Positions 1 to 12,155 of a stretch of 64,000 nucleotides of DNA are shown in pieces. Made by a program: the position numbers and the translations under genes. Numbering within the stretch: position 1 is the stretch's first letter; every line of letters begins with the position of its first letter. The stretch spans positions 122,078,001 through 122,142,000 of the forward strand of contig OZ260662.1 of NCBI GenBank assembly GCA_965285935.1, written 5' to 3'. The notes beneath the pieces are model-generated. The model was not told the origin of the DNA. It was given only the letters and a program-made list of their open reading frames with translations, and ran no database searches. This DNA comes from Ophelia neglecta. Taxonomy: Eukaryota.

Positions 1-1219
1 ACTTCGATGGCATATTCATTATCATCGTCGAAATCTCATTCATTTCCGTATTGCTTTGGAAAATCCCCCGAGGTTGAATGGCCGCCAGGTAACAGCATCG
101 ACAACAGAAAATCAGTATCTATTCAAAATTTCGAACATTTTATTATTTCTAATCGTGGCGTGAAGTTGTAGAGACGGTATATGTAGTGGGTGCTCAGGGG
201 GTTACCACCTTTAAATTTAATTCACAATGAAACTAATATCTAAATTTTCACATTTCCTGGGAGACATCTAGTTAATGCAGTTGGGTTGGGGGTTATTGTA
301 GTGGTAGTATGTTTTCCTGTGTTGTTCGTGGTCAAACAATCATACACCAAACCTAAATAAGATTCGTGCGGTGCTTACGGACAAGAAAAAAACTTCTGTA
401 GAAAGTTATATGAAATCGTCTATGGCTTGAAAATTAAAGAATCTTCCCATATAAAATCCGAACGGTAATATGTGCTCACTGTCAAAACTCGCATAACATG
501 CAAATCTGTCTATGATACCTATTGTGTCCGTCATGAAAACATTAAGCCTTTATACCTGTGATATGTGATTAATGCAACACCACATGACTTCAGTCAAGCC
601 ACTGGTCGGCACACAAACACATTTGTAGCAATACTGCGAGGCCTAAATAAATGTGTGGCGATTAGGTTTGGATGGGGGATGTGGCTGTAGTCATAAATGT
701 ATGATTAAGGGGAGGTACGAAAATATGAAGTCGAATTGGTCCGAATAAATTGTATTAAGTCATTAGTAGATGTGTGCAATATACGTCCTGTTTTGAATTA
801 ATATCGGTTATGACTTTTAAATACATTTTTCCCCTCGTCTTCAGATATAAAGCCTTGCACTATGTTAACACAGGAAATATGAATCCGCCCCACTTGACCT
901 TGTTTGCCTAACAACAACATAACCCGCGCTGCAATTTTCTATGTTTATCGCCTTGCTGAACTCACTGCATTGCATCTGAGCGATAAAACAGTCAATTATA
1001 GTCATTCGCAGTCTGTTTACATCGCAGGTCGGGGATATAATTGTCACAATTTCCAATAAAATTTGATATCTACAGACCATTCTGGAAAGCCACCTAGGAT
1101 ATATGCGTTTTAAACAAAGCGCATGCAAGGTAAGGGCATTTCTAGCAATATACAAAGATATTGAGATACTAAACAACACTTCTCTGGTGACTATAATCGT
1201 TAGAGAAGGTAAATCTACA

Positions 1220-1731
1220 TGTCATACTCAGGAGCTTCTGACGAGGAGTAGATAATTTATATCAGCAATTGGATACGCACACCCCCTGTCCTACTGGTCA
1301 ATCACGGACAATCATAACAGGTATCCTGGCACACACCATTCACTACAGCCTGGCCTTATAACGCCGGTTTTTGCATACGCCTGATCATTTCATTCATTTT
1401 AGCTCGTGGAGCCGTAGCCGGGGAAACATTTGTTTCTCTATGTGTATTTAAGGTCCAAGTGAGGTCGCCCTAACTCTAGTGTCCTTCTCTGTATACAATT
1501 TAGGGAATTTATTAACCAATAGCATTAATTCAATTAAGTGTTTAGGAAGTATGGGTGACCAGGAACCTTTTCGCCCGCGGCTGCATTATAGTGTGTGGCA
1601 TGGTTATTCAGGCTGACGATTTCTCAGGGGTTCTACCTTCACTGGGGCTGCTACCAATTGGGCCTGCGCTAGAATATATTAGCTGATGTAATTGGGACAT
1701 ACTCAGTTGATTTGGCAGATATTAAATGACA
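1220..1731. mobile_element. Possible degenerate solo LTR
   Basis: Begins TGTCAT and ends ATGACA (6-bp inverted termini), inside a block absent from duplication copy 2. Flanking 5-mers ctaca/ctatt match only 3/5. Confidence 0.3.
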
Positions 1732-2500
1732 CTATTCGGGAGGGCTCTCACGACGGTCTTATAATAACGTAAATAACTTTTTAATAATTATGTAAAAGCC
1801 TATCACCAAAGTTCGCTCTGCAAAATCTAATTTTAACCCGTATCTTTAAAACAAAGTCCAAAATACAAGGCATACAATTTCTTTCAAAATTTCAAAATTA
1901 AGTCACGCTGCCAAACTTAAAACTAACGAGGCCTTTTGCATAGACGGGCATTTCTCATCTGGCACTGAATATATGGTTAAACTGGGACTCACTTTGGCGC
2001 TTTTTATACGTGACTTCACACATTTTATGGCTTTTGTGGGTGAAGTATACACATTTTCATGCACACTAACTCTCCCAGCCCGCGCACACCCGTTCCCCTG
2101 GAGAGCTGATAGGAACACCCTAGTTTGTCGACTTCCCAGCTGGAGGGGGGGGGGGGGAGGGGGGAGCGATCGGCCCCGGGCAATAGCGCGTGTAAAATCT
2201 GAAAATATTTAATTCAATGAGTACCAATGAGTCGTCCCAGACTTTTTGCTACCAATTGTCAACAGCAGGTATTTTATTATTTTTTATATAAATTGATATG
2301 CCACATTTCCCAAAGCAAAGTACCCTCTGTATATTTGGGCTGTTTGAATTAAAAAAAAGGGGCAAAGCGTAATTCGACTTATTTATCCTACTTGACTACA
2401 GAAATTTATGGTGAGAGACAGCGAGAGGTTATTCCTGGAACTTGCTAGATGTAGGAAAGAGGATACTAGTTTTCCAGGCTTTCACGGAACATGTCTCCCG

Positions 2501-2770
2501 CTAATTAATATGCCCAATACCAACTGGGTGACAAGAGTGATGGGAGCTTTGGTAGGTGTGTACGTATGTTAGTAAAATGACTGTGATACAACCCACTGTC
2601 ATGCATAAAGTATTTCCTCTCATATTAAAATATACAAGTGTAAGATTTGACAGCCATACAGTCATGTATTTATCAACACACTCAATTGAGGGAGGATTGA
2701 CCTTTGCCACTTTGTCACTTAACATTATAAGGTAACCAGGATAGGCCTCCTGAACAAACACCATTTGCAC
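2501..2770 (-). pseudogene. Possible highly degenerate LINE APE-endonuclease remnant
   Basis: QMVFVQEAY resembles DIxFLQETH; NMRGNTLCM..LLTYVH loosely resembles DxxGRxLxV..LxNVY. Weak. Confidence 0.3.
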
Positions 2771-5700
2771 CTCCTGTAATAATTCAATGACCTTGCACTG
2801 TCAATACGATAACAATATGGGCCATGTTTACTTTGTGATACTGTAATCCAGGTAGTGTTCTGGTGCAACAGGCAACGATAATCTAGTAACTCGCAAAATC
2901 ATTACATGCACACTGCAAGGTGTTGTGCAGTTATTTAAGTGGGGGCGATTTTTTGCGCTAATATTCCATCGCGACTATTTCCCTGTTTACAGTATTCGAC
3001 ACAGATATTGTGGACTGAAAGGGAGTAAGGTGTCTGGTGGCGACAACAGAAAAAACATTTAACGCATTATATGTGTGAAATGGAAAAAAAACATAAAGTA
3101 AAAACTATTAAATGTATGTCCATTCAATGCAATATAATAAGGATAGTTTTATTGGAAAGATTTGGCTGCAAACAGGTGGCAGCATGCTACATCGGCGATT
3201 CTGGAACCCATAAACTGCTGGTTAAGGTGAGGATAAACAAAGCAGGGTATCACAGATGACAATGTTAATAGCAATGAATATGTCAGATACATGTTAAAAT
3301 AAAAAGCCGTTTTATCTGGTGACATATTATCTTCACTATACATTCGTATGAAAAGATTTATCTATATGTCAAACCAATACAGCTTTAATACATGGCGCCT
3401 ATACTTAGGTGTGTCGCATGCAGTGAGACCTGGGTCTCTTGAGTACCCGAGAAATTCAAATCTTTAATCCATTCTATATGCCTCACGCCTTTACACTGGC
3501 CTTGTTTTTATTGCCAAATGCCCTTACACGTTTATTTGACAATAACAGACGAAGCTCAACATACACGCCGTGGAGAACGGTCTGTTAACAAGGCCTATAA
3601 GGGTAGGAGCTATAATTCGCTTGATGGCTCCACATTCACTTCAATGGAATAGGATGGTTGTTCACACCGATAGAGCATTTTGGCGAAACCTCTTTAAAGA
3701 AAAACGGCCCAGATCCTGCGTGTCCTTGATATCCGTCCCTGCCAATGTAACAAGCGATGTTTTATTGCAAGTGCGCCTGTCACCGAGCCAGCGTGAACTA
3801 TATGCTAACTTGCTAAACACTAAACACTGCATTGCAATGCGACCGCCAGGTAGCGGTAGCAACGGGAGCACTCCCACAGCAGAGACATAAATAATGCAAA
3901 CTAGGTCTTTCCCTAGTGACGAAATGTCAAGCTCATACGTGGAATGCCGAAAGTCGAAGAAGTTAATCACAAATAAAGTGGTTTATAAAAACACAGGTTA
4001 AATCAGGAAGGCAAACGAAGAACGCGATAACTTTCCCAATAAAAAGCTATAAAACTCAAGCGGGCTCTCGGCCCCAACAGCCGCAACGTAAGATCAAAAC
4101 TTTCTTTCTAGTGTAAATGCAAGATTAGACGAAAAATAATAGAAAATATTAAAGCACAAAGAGGAATATGGTAACTGACCATAGTAAACGTCCCTCTTTT
4201 TACCTAGAGAATGCAATTCTACCTTTTACTCCCATGCACTTATATAAAAGTTTGTAAGAAGGTTATTTTCCAGCCCCCCCCCCCCCCCCCACCCCCACCC
4301 CCTGCCCCGCATCTCTTCAGTTATCTAATACTGATTCCCTTACAGCTATGCATGAGGATACAAAATAGTCACTGAGAAACCACACGAGCTATGCTTTGAG
4401 CCAATTCTATGCAGACCATCCCATGACAATACAATACAGTATATACAACAAGCCTCCCCCGTACCTATGGGTACAACTAAAACGATAGTTTAGCTTGTCT
4501 GGTGATAGTGATCAGTAATCTGCCTCACCAAACGCGAACTCCCGTAAACTGGCGTCCTTCGTGTAGTACAATGTAACTTCCGATAATATTTTCACCAATG
4601 GTACTGAATTATTACAAGTTGTCCTAATTTTTCCTTAATGTATAAGATCCCTAAAATGACCGAACCTCATTACGGAAAGCCAAATGCACCCAACCAATTG
4701 TATTCCGCAAGTCGTTTGGCCCATTGACGTATAAATCTCAAACTGATATCATCAAATCATAAAATCCAGGAGGGAACGTCAGCCTGCTTACACATGTGGT
4801 AAAGATCGCTCAAGTCACTCATCGATAGTAAGGAATGCAATATTAAAAACTTTGGACGGAGGGGGGCTAGTAGAAATGTAGTATTTCTGTCGAACGGCCC
4901 CGTACCTGCCCCTGTTTTAGCAAAATTGGCCAAATTTGAATTCCCAAATAAAAGCAGCCATTTATTTTATCTCTAAAATATCTAACCACCCCAAAACCAA
5001 AGGTATTGATTTTTGTTTGCAGAAATATCACCCCCTCCCCTCCCCATTAACAACTGTTAGTCCTAGATGGGGACTTTGGGTTCTGGACGCCCGTCAGAAA
5101 TCCCAGCCCCACCCAACCCCCATTTAGCAGTGATAGATCTACTGGGGAACCAGTCCGGGCGTTTTGGGACGACATATTTATTTTATATTTTTCTGAAGTA
5201 CCAAGCAGCTACACTTGGAAGTTCAGTCAGTAATGAGGCAATGAGCGGGAGTGAACCCACAGGTAGGTATTAACGGTATCTTGTGGGTGCATAGGGCATC
5301 TGTGACTTATTTTTCGAGACAAGCCATTTTGTGTGCACTCATGCCGTCGGTGAGCGATAAACGGTTGGGGAGTTTCCCGGTTGGTGTCACCACCCTACAG
5401 TCAGGTATTAGTTCTTGTATGGGCACATATTGCCTAGTGCATGTAGTTATAAACTATACTGTCCTCATTATTATAGGGTCCCTACCTATGTACCGTTTGA
5501 TGTAGTATACGTGCACTGTGATATATACCGTCCAATGACTGTCTTTGAACAGTCATCTGTGTCCACAGTGTTTGTCACCGTTCATAAACTACATTTTATA
5601 GTGATTATAGCATAGTGTAATACTGATACAAAAGGGTATAAAGGGAAGGCCACCCACAAAGATCTGGACCCCCTTAGCTAAGGGGTAATTAATTGAGGGG

Positions 5701-5779
5701 GTTGCGTATCGGTTAGGGTGCGTGTCAATACTGTAGTATTGCGGTCTGAAATGTAAGTGTCATTGTTATGAGTGTTAAC

Positions 5780-7020
5780 AGGAATAATGTCTACCTATTT
5801 TTGAGGTTACCAAGAAATCACTGTTACACCATTCTTGTCAACTATATACTTAATAACAGACTTCCATAGGAATTGGCAGGTTTCATTGGCATAAATAAAA
5901 TGTTGCTCTTGTGATTCATATGAGTGCTTAAATTGACAACTTAAGGGAAATCATGATGATAATAATCAACTTTACGTCTCTAATGACTTAATTCTAGTTA
6001 GTTATATTAATTCTTATGTATTCGGTGTTGAAGGCCGGGAAGCTTGTGTATCGGTTACAAGCTTAGAGCGAAGGCTGCCGGTCGGGTTGGGGGAATAATT
6101 TTTTTGTCAGGTTCTATCAAATTTCATGTATAAAGAATAAGTTCGGGTGTGCAGATGAAGTGCAAAATGGGTAAACATTTTATGTAAAGAGACATATAGC
6201 AAAAATAATGTCAAATGGTATTCTAACTAATAGTTACATTTTGAGTAGCGGGGTAAGACACTGCTCCTCTTTACCTCCTTTACTTGATATTCTGTTGGCA
6301 AACTATTTGCTGACCACAATACATGAATCCAGAAAATGTACATGGTTTATTTTACCTACAAAAGAGGACAAGTCTAAGGCATGTGCAGATGATGGGAATG
6401 TGAATCTGATTGCTAATCCGGATTAGAAGCCCTCAATATCATGAACACATTTTATAAGTGAATTAGGAATTACGAACATGGACAAAATGTAGATTTGTTG
6501 TGTGGCCGCCTTACACCGGAGAGGTGGACTTGTAAGGATATAAACAATATTACACACACATTTAAAACCATGGGAGCAAGGTCGGGAAACTGTAATGTCG
6601 AAGATTATAATTGGTATTGAATTAGAAGAATACAATTGTAAACTTGTATTGAAAAATAACATGTAACGCAAGAAAAAAATAACAGGCTTTACTTGCCGAA
6701 AAAGTATGGAGGGATAGGCGTAATAAATTTTATCAAACAAGCCAAAGCCTTGCAATTAATGTAGTGTCTCAAATTTATTTCTAGCAGCTAGTACAGAATT
6801 TGGATGACTAGGATTTACTAGGTATTTTCTGTACTATCGGGTACATCTTTTGGAGTTTTAACAATGTACCAGACCATTTCGTAGAAACTATAACCGCCAT
6901 GCATTCAACACGACTTACAAAATGTGAACCAAATCACATAGAATATTATTTGATGAATATATTTTCCTGGACAATGTAGATAGAGCATGGAATTGTATGT
7001 ACTTTGTATATTCTTCGCTG
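5780..7020 (+). mobile_element. Fossil L1/Tx1-type non-LTR retrotransposon ORF2 (RT region)
   Basis: SSGVRHCSSLPPLL..ACADD (cf. GVRQGCPLSPLL..YADD) at 6208-6426; RLYLPKKYGGIGVINF (cf. LxLPKxxGGLG) at ~6685-6735; stops and frameshifts throughout. Confidence 0.65.
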
Positions 7021-8630
7021 GATTAAAGTTGGTATAATCCATATTCTTTCTGATCATACATAACTTCAATACTCCCTAATACCCGACAAATCGTGTTTAT
7101 ATAATCTCATCACTAAACAAGTAGCGACACAGACAATTAACCATAACAAGGCAATATTTGTCTTCTGTATAAGTAGTGTTTGCTCTCAGCTTCTGTTCAC
7201 GGTCTTATCATGGGCTTATCACATACGTTCCTTTCCGAGAAAAGTTCCCAAATAAAAAACATTTAATGGGGCAACCAAGTTACTAAAAAACAGAGTGCCC
7301 AGATGAGTAAGGTAATAGTCATTCCAGTTACACAGATGGACACAGGTAGAAATTAAGACACCGATAACGTTGAACAGATTATTTATAACCATTCGGTATG
7401 TACGTATTCTTCCCATCTATCATACACAGATATACACTCCGGTATTTCAATATCAATGTGCGGCTCCTTTGTGTTGATGTTTAAAGCTATACCCTATGTG
7501 TATACAGTGATTATGAATCCAGGTGATATAGCTTTGCACTGTGTACACAGCGATAACACGAACCGCACTGTATTTATCTATTGCCTAGTTTGCCTCTGCA
7601 CAATATAGCTATACAATGTAAATGGGTGATAATACAGTAAATAATGTAGCCATTATTTGGTCGCTAATTTGTTTACGTCTTAGGCCAATGACACATCTGT
7701 CGAAACGGGAAACAGTTAACTGTAAAATGCGACCCTCTGACGTGCCGATGGGGACAACTTATATGAAATTTTAGCTTGTCTAGTGGCAGTGATTGTCTAT
7801 TGGCGAATACTCATACGGAATATTTTCAGCAATATTTCTAAATATATAGTTACCAGTGGTACTGAATCAGTGCGAGTTGTTTGAGTTTTTTCTTCAATGT
7901 ACGCGATCCGTAACATAATCAAACCTGATCACAGTAGCTGAAAGCACCAATTGGGCTCCACAAGAAAAATGCTGCACGCGTTGTGTAGTGTATTGACATA
8001 GATTTCTCACACCGATACAGTCAATACCAGGCGAGCAAGTCGGTTTGTTTACATCTGAGGTCAAGGACACTGCTGTCAAACAGTGGTGATAATGTACGCT
8101 TATTCCGTTGGAGGATTAATGTGTAGATTTTCATATATAAACATACTTTTAGTCAGAATAATAAAGCTCCTCAACACTCATCTTTTAACACCGCTGTCTA
8201 TAAGAGTTTCTGCCGCACAAATAGACAGGGGTAGGATGTGCCACTGCTGATTGTTTTCAGCCGTATTTTGCTTCGAGGGAAAATTATAAAATATTGGCCA
8301 GTGCAGAGAGGGACAGAAGGTTCGAGGGGAGGCTTTATACATATTAATGGCTTGGGAGGTGTTAAGGGAGGCAATGGTGAAAATAGGATAGTATATATGT
8401 GTGGGTAACGGGGTAGGGTTGGGCGGGGGGGGGGGGATTTGCCGGCGATTATTTTGCTGACGGTGCCATAAAAACGAGAAAATAATCCACATACCCAGCA
8501 TAGCTTTGACTAGACACACATTCAATAAACATGCAACACATAGACTGGGACATTAAATATCACGGACCAGAAAATTACATATTGCCTTCGAATAATAAAA
8601 TACAAATTCAGAAGCCTCATTACTTTGGAG

Positions 8631-8670
8631 TAAATTGCTGTAAAGGACTATAATTGCTGTAAAGGACTAT
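8631..8670. repeat. Short tandem duplication (aattgctgtaaaggactat x2)
   Basis: Read directly; abuts the 3' end of the LINE RT fragment. Confidence 0.8.
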
Positions 8671-9205
8671 TTATTGATCAACATATGTTGATCAATAAAT
8701 GCACCTAGGTACTTTACAAAAGTCTTATATTCAATTGCAATACCCTTGAATAGAAAACATTCAATCTTTTCAAGATGCAAAGACAGCTTATCTGTGATTA
8801 GCCAGTCACTTAAAGAGTTGAGCTCTATAGTGAGTCGACCCTCAATTTCGCGAAAGTCTGACCAGACGCAATTAAAGTTGAGCCATCGGCATATAACATA
8901 AGGTGACAATTTGTAGAGTTTTACATGTCGTACTTATACCACAGGAATATCAGTGGGCCCAGTATGGACCCCTTTTGCACCCCGCATTGAACGTCTAGGC
9001 TCTCTGACATAATACCATTTACATTAATAAACTGACCACCGAGATATGATTTAAAGCATGAAAGCCTTTATTTGCATGGTCTCCAGTTTCTAACCAAAAT
9101 TGTATGGTCAACAGTGTCGAAAGCTTTCTGCAAGTCAACAAGTAGAAAACCAGTTAACAAACCATCGTCAATGTTCGATAAAACTTGATCTGTTAAAATG
9201 ATGTC
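8670..9205 (-). mobile_element. Fossil CR1/L2-like non-LTR retrotransposon RT fragment
   Basis: Minus-strand translation gives LLVDLQKAFDTVDH, CGVQKGSILGPLIFL, MLYADG, WLITDKLSLHLEK, VKYLG, with frameshifts. Confidence 0.8.
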
Positions 9206-11187
9206 TGATTTCTAACTACCCTTGTCTACCTCTGGTACAGACATCCTATTAATGATATGTAAGTGCTACCTTCTTTGACCCGCCACTGGCAGGCACAGTG
9301 GAAGTCGATACAAATGGCTAATATAATTAGACAGTATATAATAATATATAGTATATACTATAGAGTATATACTAAAGTACATTAAATATGATATACGGTG
9401 TATCTGCGGCACCCACGTATAATCATTAAATAGGGTGCACAATTTTCCGTTGACCAGGATTGTATGTTTTCAATGATCAATGTCCATTACGTTAATCCAG
9501 TATGTCGATACTAATTTAAACAAGACCTACAAGGTTTATATTTCGCTTTAAAAGGGGAATGGTCCACTTTATAGGGCAATGTGCTGTATGGGTTTTTCTA
9601 TCCAGAGGGTGGTCAGGGGAAATTCTTTGAACCAATAGAGTCCAGACCCCATTTTTCTCTGTCCGTTAGTGCACTGCCTGACAGCAAGACCAATGTATCA
9701 AGCAGCCTTGTTTACTGCCATTCCGCCCCACTTCTACATAACACATTGTAGTACTAAAAGCTACTGATTATTTCAATTAATGACCTTTAGACTGCAAAGT
9801 GTTTTTATCGACACACTTATTCACATGTTCCTACATGTTGTATTTTAGAAAATCTCTTCATTATAAAATGACCGCTAGGTAGCAGCAGGGAACGGCTCAT
9901 TAGCACGACGCATATATCAGACACATATAATGCAAAATAGGCCACCGTACTAGGTGTGTATATAATGTGATAGATTGCAGCTTGTACTAGCCTAGGTACT
10001 TAAAATTGTTGATCTGTTGCAGTGTGGAATGACGAACTCAAAGGAAGTCGAATATATTCATGCAAACACAAAGTACAAACCATAACGTGCTTCTGCATTC
10101 ATTACAACAGCATGATAAGGAAATGTTAAAGCATAACACGTATATGTTATCGCATACACGTGTATCTTAAAATTGTTTTCTATAGGAGACTAGGGTTTGT
10201 CTTACGAGGAGGACATCTATTATCAGCATGCACGAATCTGGTACTGTTTAGTTGACTATCAGTGTAATGAAAACGGGTTAGTTTTATTAGGTGCTACAGA
10301 AGGCAGCATGCTAAAGCGGCATTTCTCAGGGATATTGATTTAACGCGGACGTGCGGAAGCTATGCGGACTACTTATATATTAAATATGGCCGAATTACCA
10401 ATACTATCTATATAAATGTAGGCCAAAAAAGCAGTTGCCATTGCCATGCGCTCCAATAAATCTGTGATTTTAGCAAGGTAGTCTAAATCAAATGACAGCA
10501 CCTGTGTCATGTAATAAATTGTTTAGATTCTTACCTCGATATCACCCACTCCTACACTTATCCTGCATGAAGTTATGAGGTGATTAATCCAACTTTATTT
10601 TAACTAATTTTGTTTCTTTGTGTTATATGTCTAACTACATATATCAACAAACTGTTCACCCTGTCCAATGCTCATGCTCATGTAATAAATTAAAGAAAAA
10701 ATGATTTACTTCCGAATCTCAGCGATGAACAATCTTGCAAAGATTGGCAAAGCCATACCTGTTACAAGCATGTTATAATATGTCCTACTATTCATGATTG
10801 TATACAAGACGTAGCCTATTTACATTGGACTGCACCGTTACCTGCGCAGGTGATGAATACAGTGAGTGTACATCAGGTGTATTTAACACCATCTTGACGC
10901 TCAGCCATTCGACTAGTGTTTAGTTTGTGTAAACACTTATCCTTGGGGCTTGACACAACTTGTTGGAGAGATTATCATTGCTGTTAAAGTTTTGCCTGCT
11001 CTGATACTTCCATTCACATAGCTTCCACCTCCATTTTTTTCTCTTTCCCAATTCTCCTTCATAGTCCATTCTACCCCTATACGGTCCCCGCGTAAATACA
11101 TGATCATCAAACAATACAACTTTAACAAACGTATCTGATATTCATAAAATCATTGTGGTAAAGTGCATTCACCTGGTTTTCACTAAC

Positions 11188-11234
11188 GTCATCTCCATTA
11201 TTATGACTCCGTCATCTCCCTTAATATGACTCCG
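11188..11234. repeat. 23-bp tandem repeat x2 (gtcatctcc..ttatgactcc)
   Basis: Read directly. Confidence 0.7.
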
Positions 11235-11999
11235 CGGGTTATGTTACTACCCCATATCCCTCACCACATTACGTAACTCTATACTGCCTCCAGCCCTATT
11301 ATCACATGTAATCCAAAGTCAGATAAAAGGGCAAAATACATTCTATTTTAACGGCCTGTCGTTTTCCGAGCAGCCTGTCGTTTCTCGAAGGGGTTAGTTA
11401 CCATTCACTTGAAGGCTTCGGGTAGATTTTCGATATCAAGGTTATGGAAAAAATTTCACCATAAATGTGGTCCTGACCCTATGCCCCCTTCCTAAACCCG
11501 CCTCTCTAATCTAATGTACTATAAAAGCCAAGCCTAACGCTCTCTGCCATGTTTACAATAGTGGTACTTGACACACATCTAACCTCTAACATGAGAGACA
11601 CTTTTGATATATTATAGCACAATTTGTAGAATTTGTATCACTGTCCGTCTCATCGAAGAACCCCCAGACTGCAGGAGTATTTTCAGCCTTCGATGACATA
11701 TTTAATAGATAGACCATTTGTGATTATCATCGTCGAAATCTCATTTATTCTAACATTTCGGTATTGCTTTAGAACAGCATCGACCGGTCCATTACCGATA
11801 ACAGAAAATCTGTCTCTACTCACAATCATGTGTACTTCGAATAATTCCGTTTTTTTTTCTAATCATGATGCGATATATGTGGTGGGTGCGCAGGAGACCA
11901 GCACCTTTAAATTTAATTCATAATGAAATTAATATCTTAATAAGTTTTCACATTTCCTGGGTGAAATCTAGTTAATAGGGTCGGGTTGGGGGGTCATTG

Positions 12000-12155
12000 T
12001 GTAACAACCGGTGGTCTCAGCGGGGTTTGAACCGGCAACCTCTCACTCTCCAGCCAACAGCTCTACCAAGTTTGCCAAAGGGGTAACCACTCTAGCCAAG
12101 CTATTAGGTCTATCATGGTTGAGTGACCATTATCTGCTTATATGTCCCTGTTACA
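12000..12155 (-). mobile_element. 156-bp solo LTR containing a tRNA-like Pol III promoter (Helenus-like TRIM)
   Basis: TGTAAC...GTTACA termini; flanks attg/tttg (4-bp TSD, 1 mismatch); empty site ggttattgtagt at ~291-302 in copy 1; minus strand has A-box-like TGGCAAACTTGGTAGAGC and B-box GGTTCAAACCC. Confidence 0.75.

Larger units (their letters stand above)
1..7030. repeat. Old segmental duplication, copy 1 (paralogous to ~11690-19730)
   Basis: Collinear similar blocks seen by eye: 1-60~11690-11770, 530-650~12480-12600, 840-1130~12975-13250, 2270-2710~13310-13670, 3410-3760~15740-16100, 5300-5830~18550-19100, 6770-7020~19460-19730. Many substitutions and copy-specific insertions; ends approximate. 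Confidence 0.85.
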
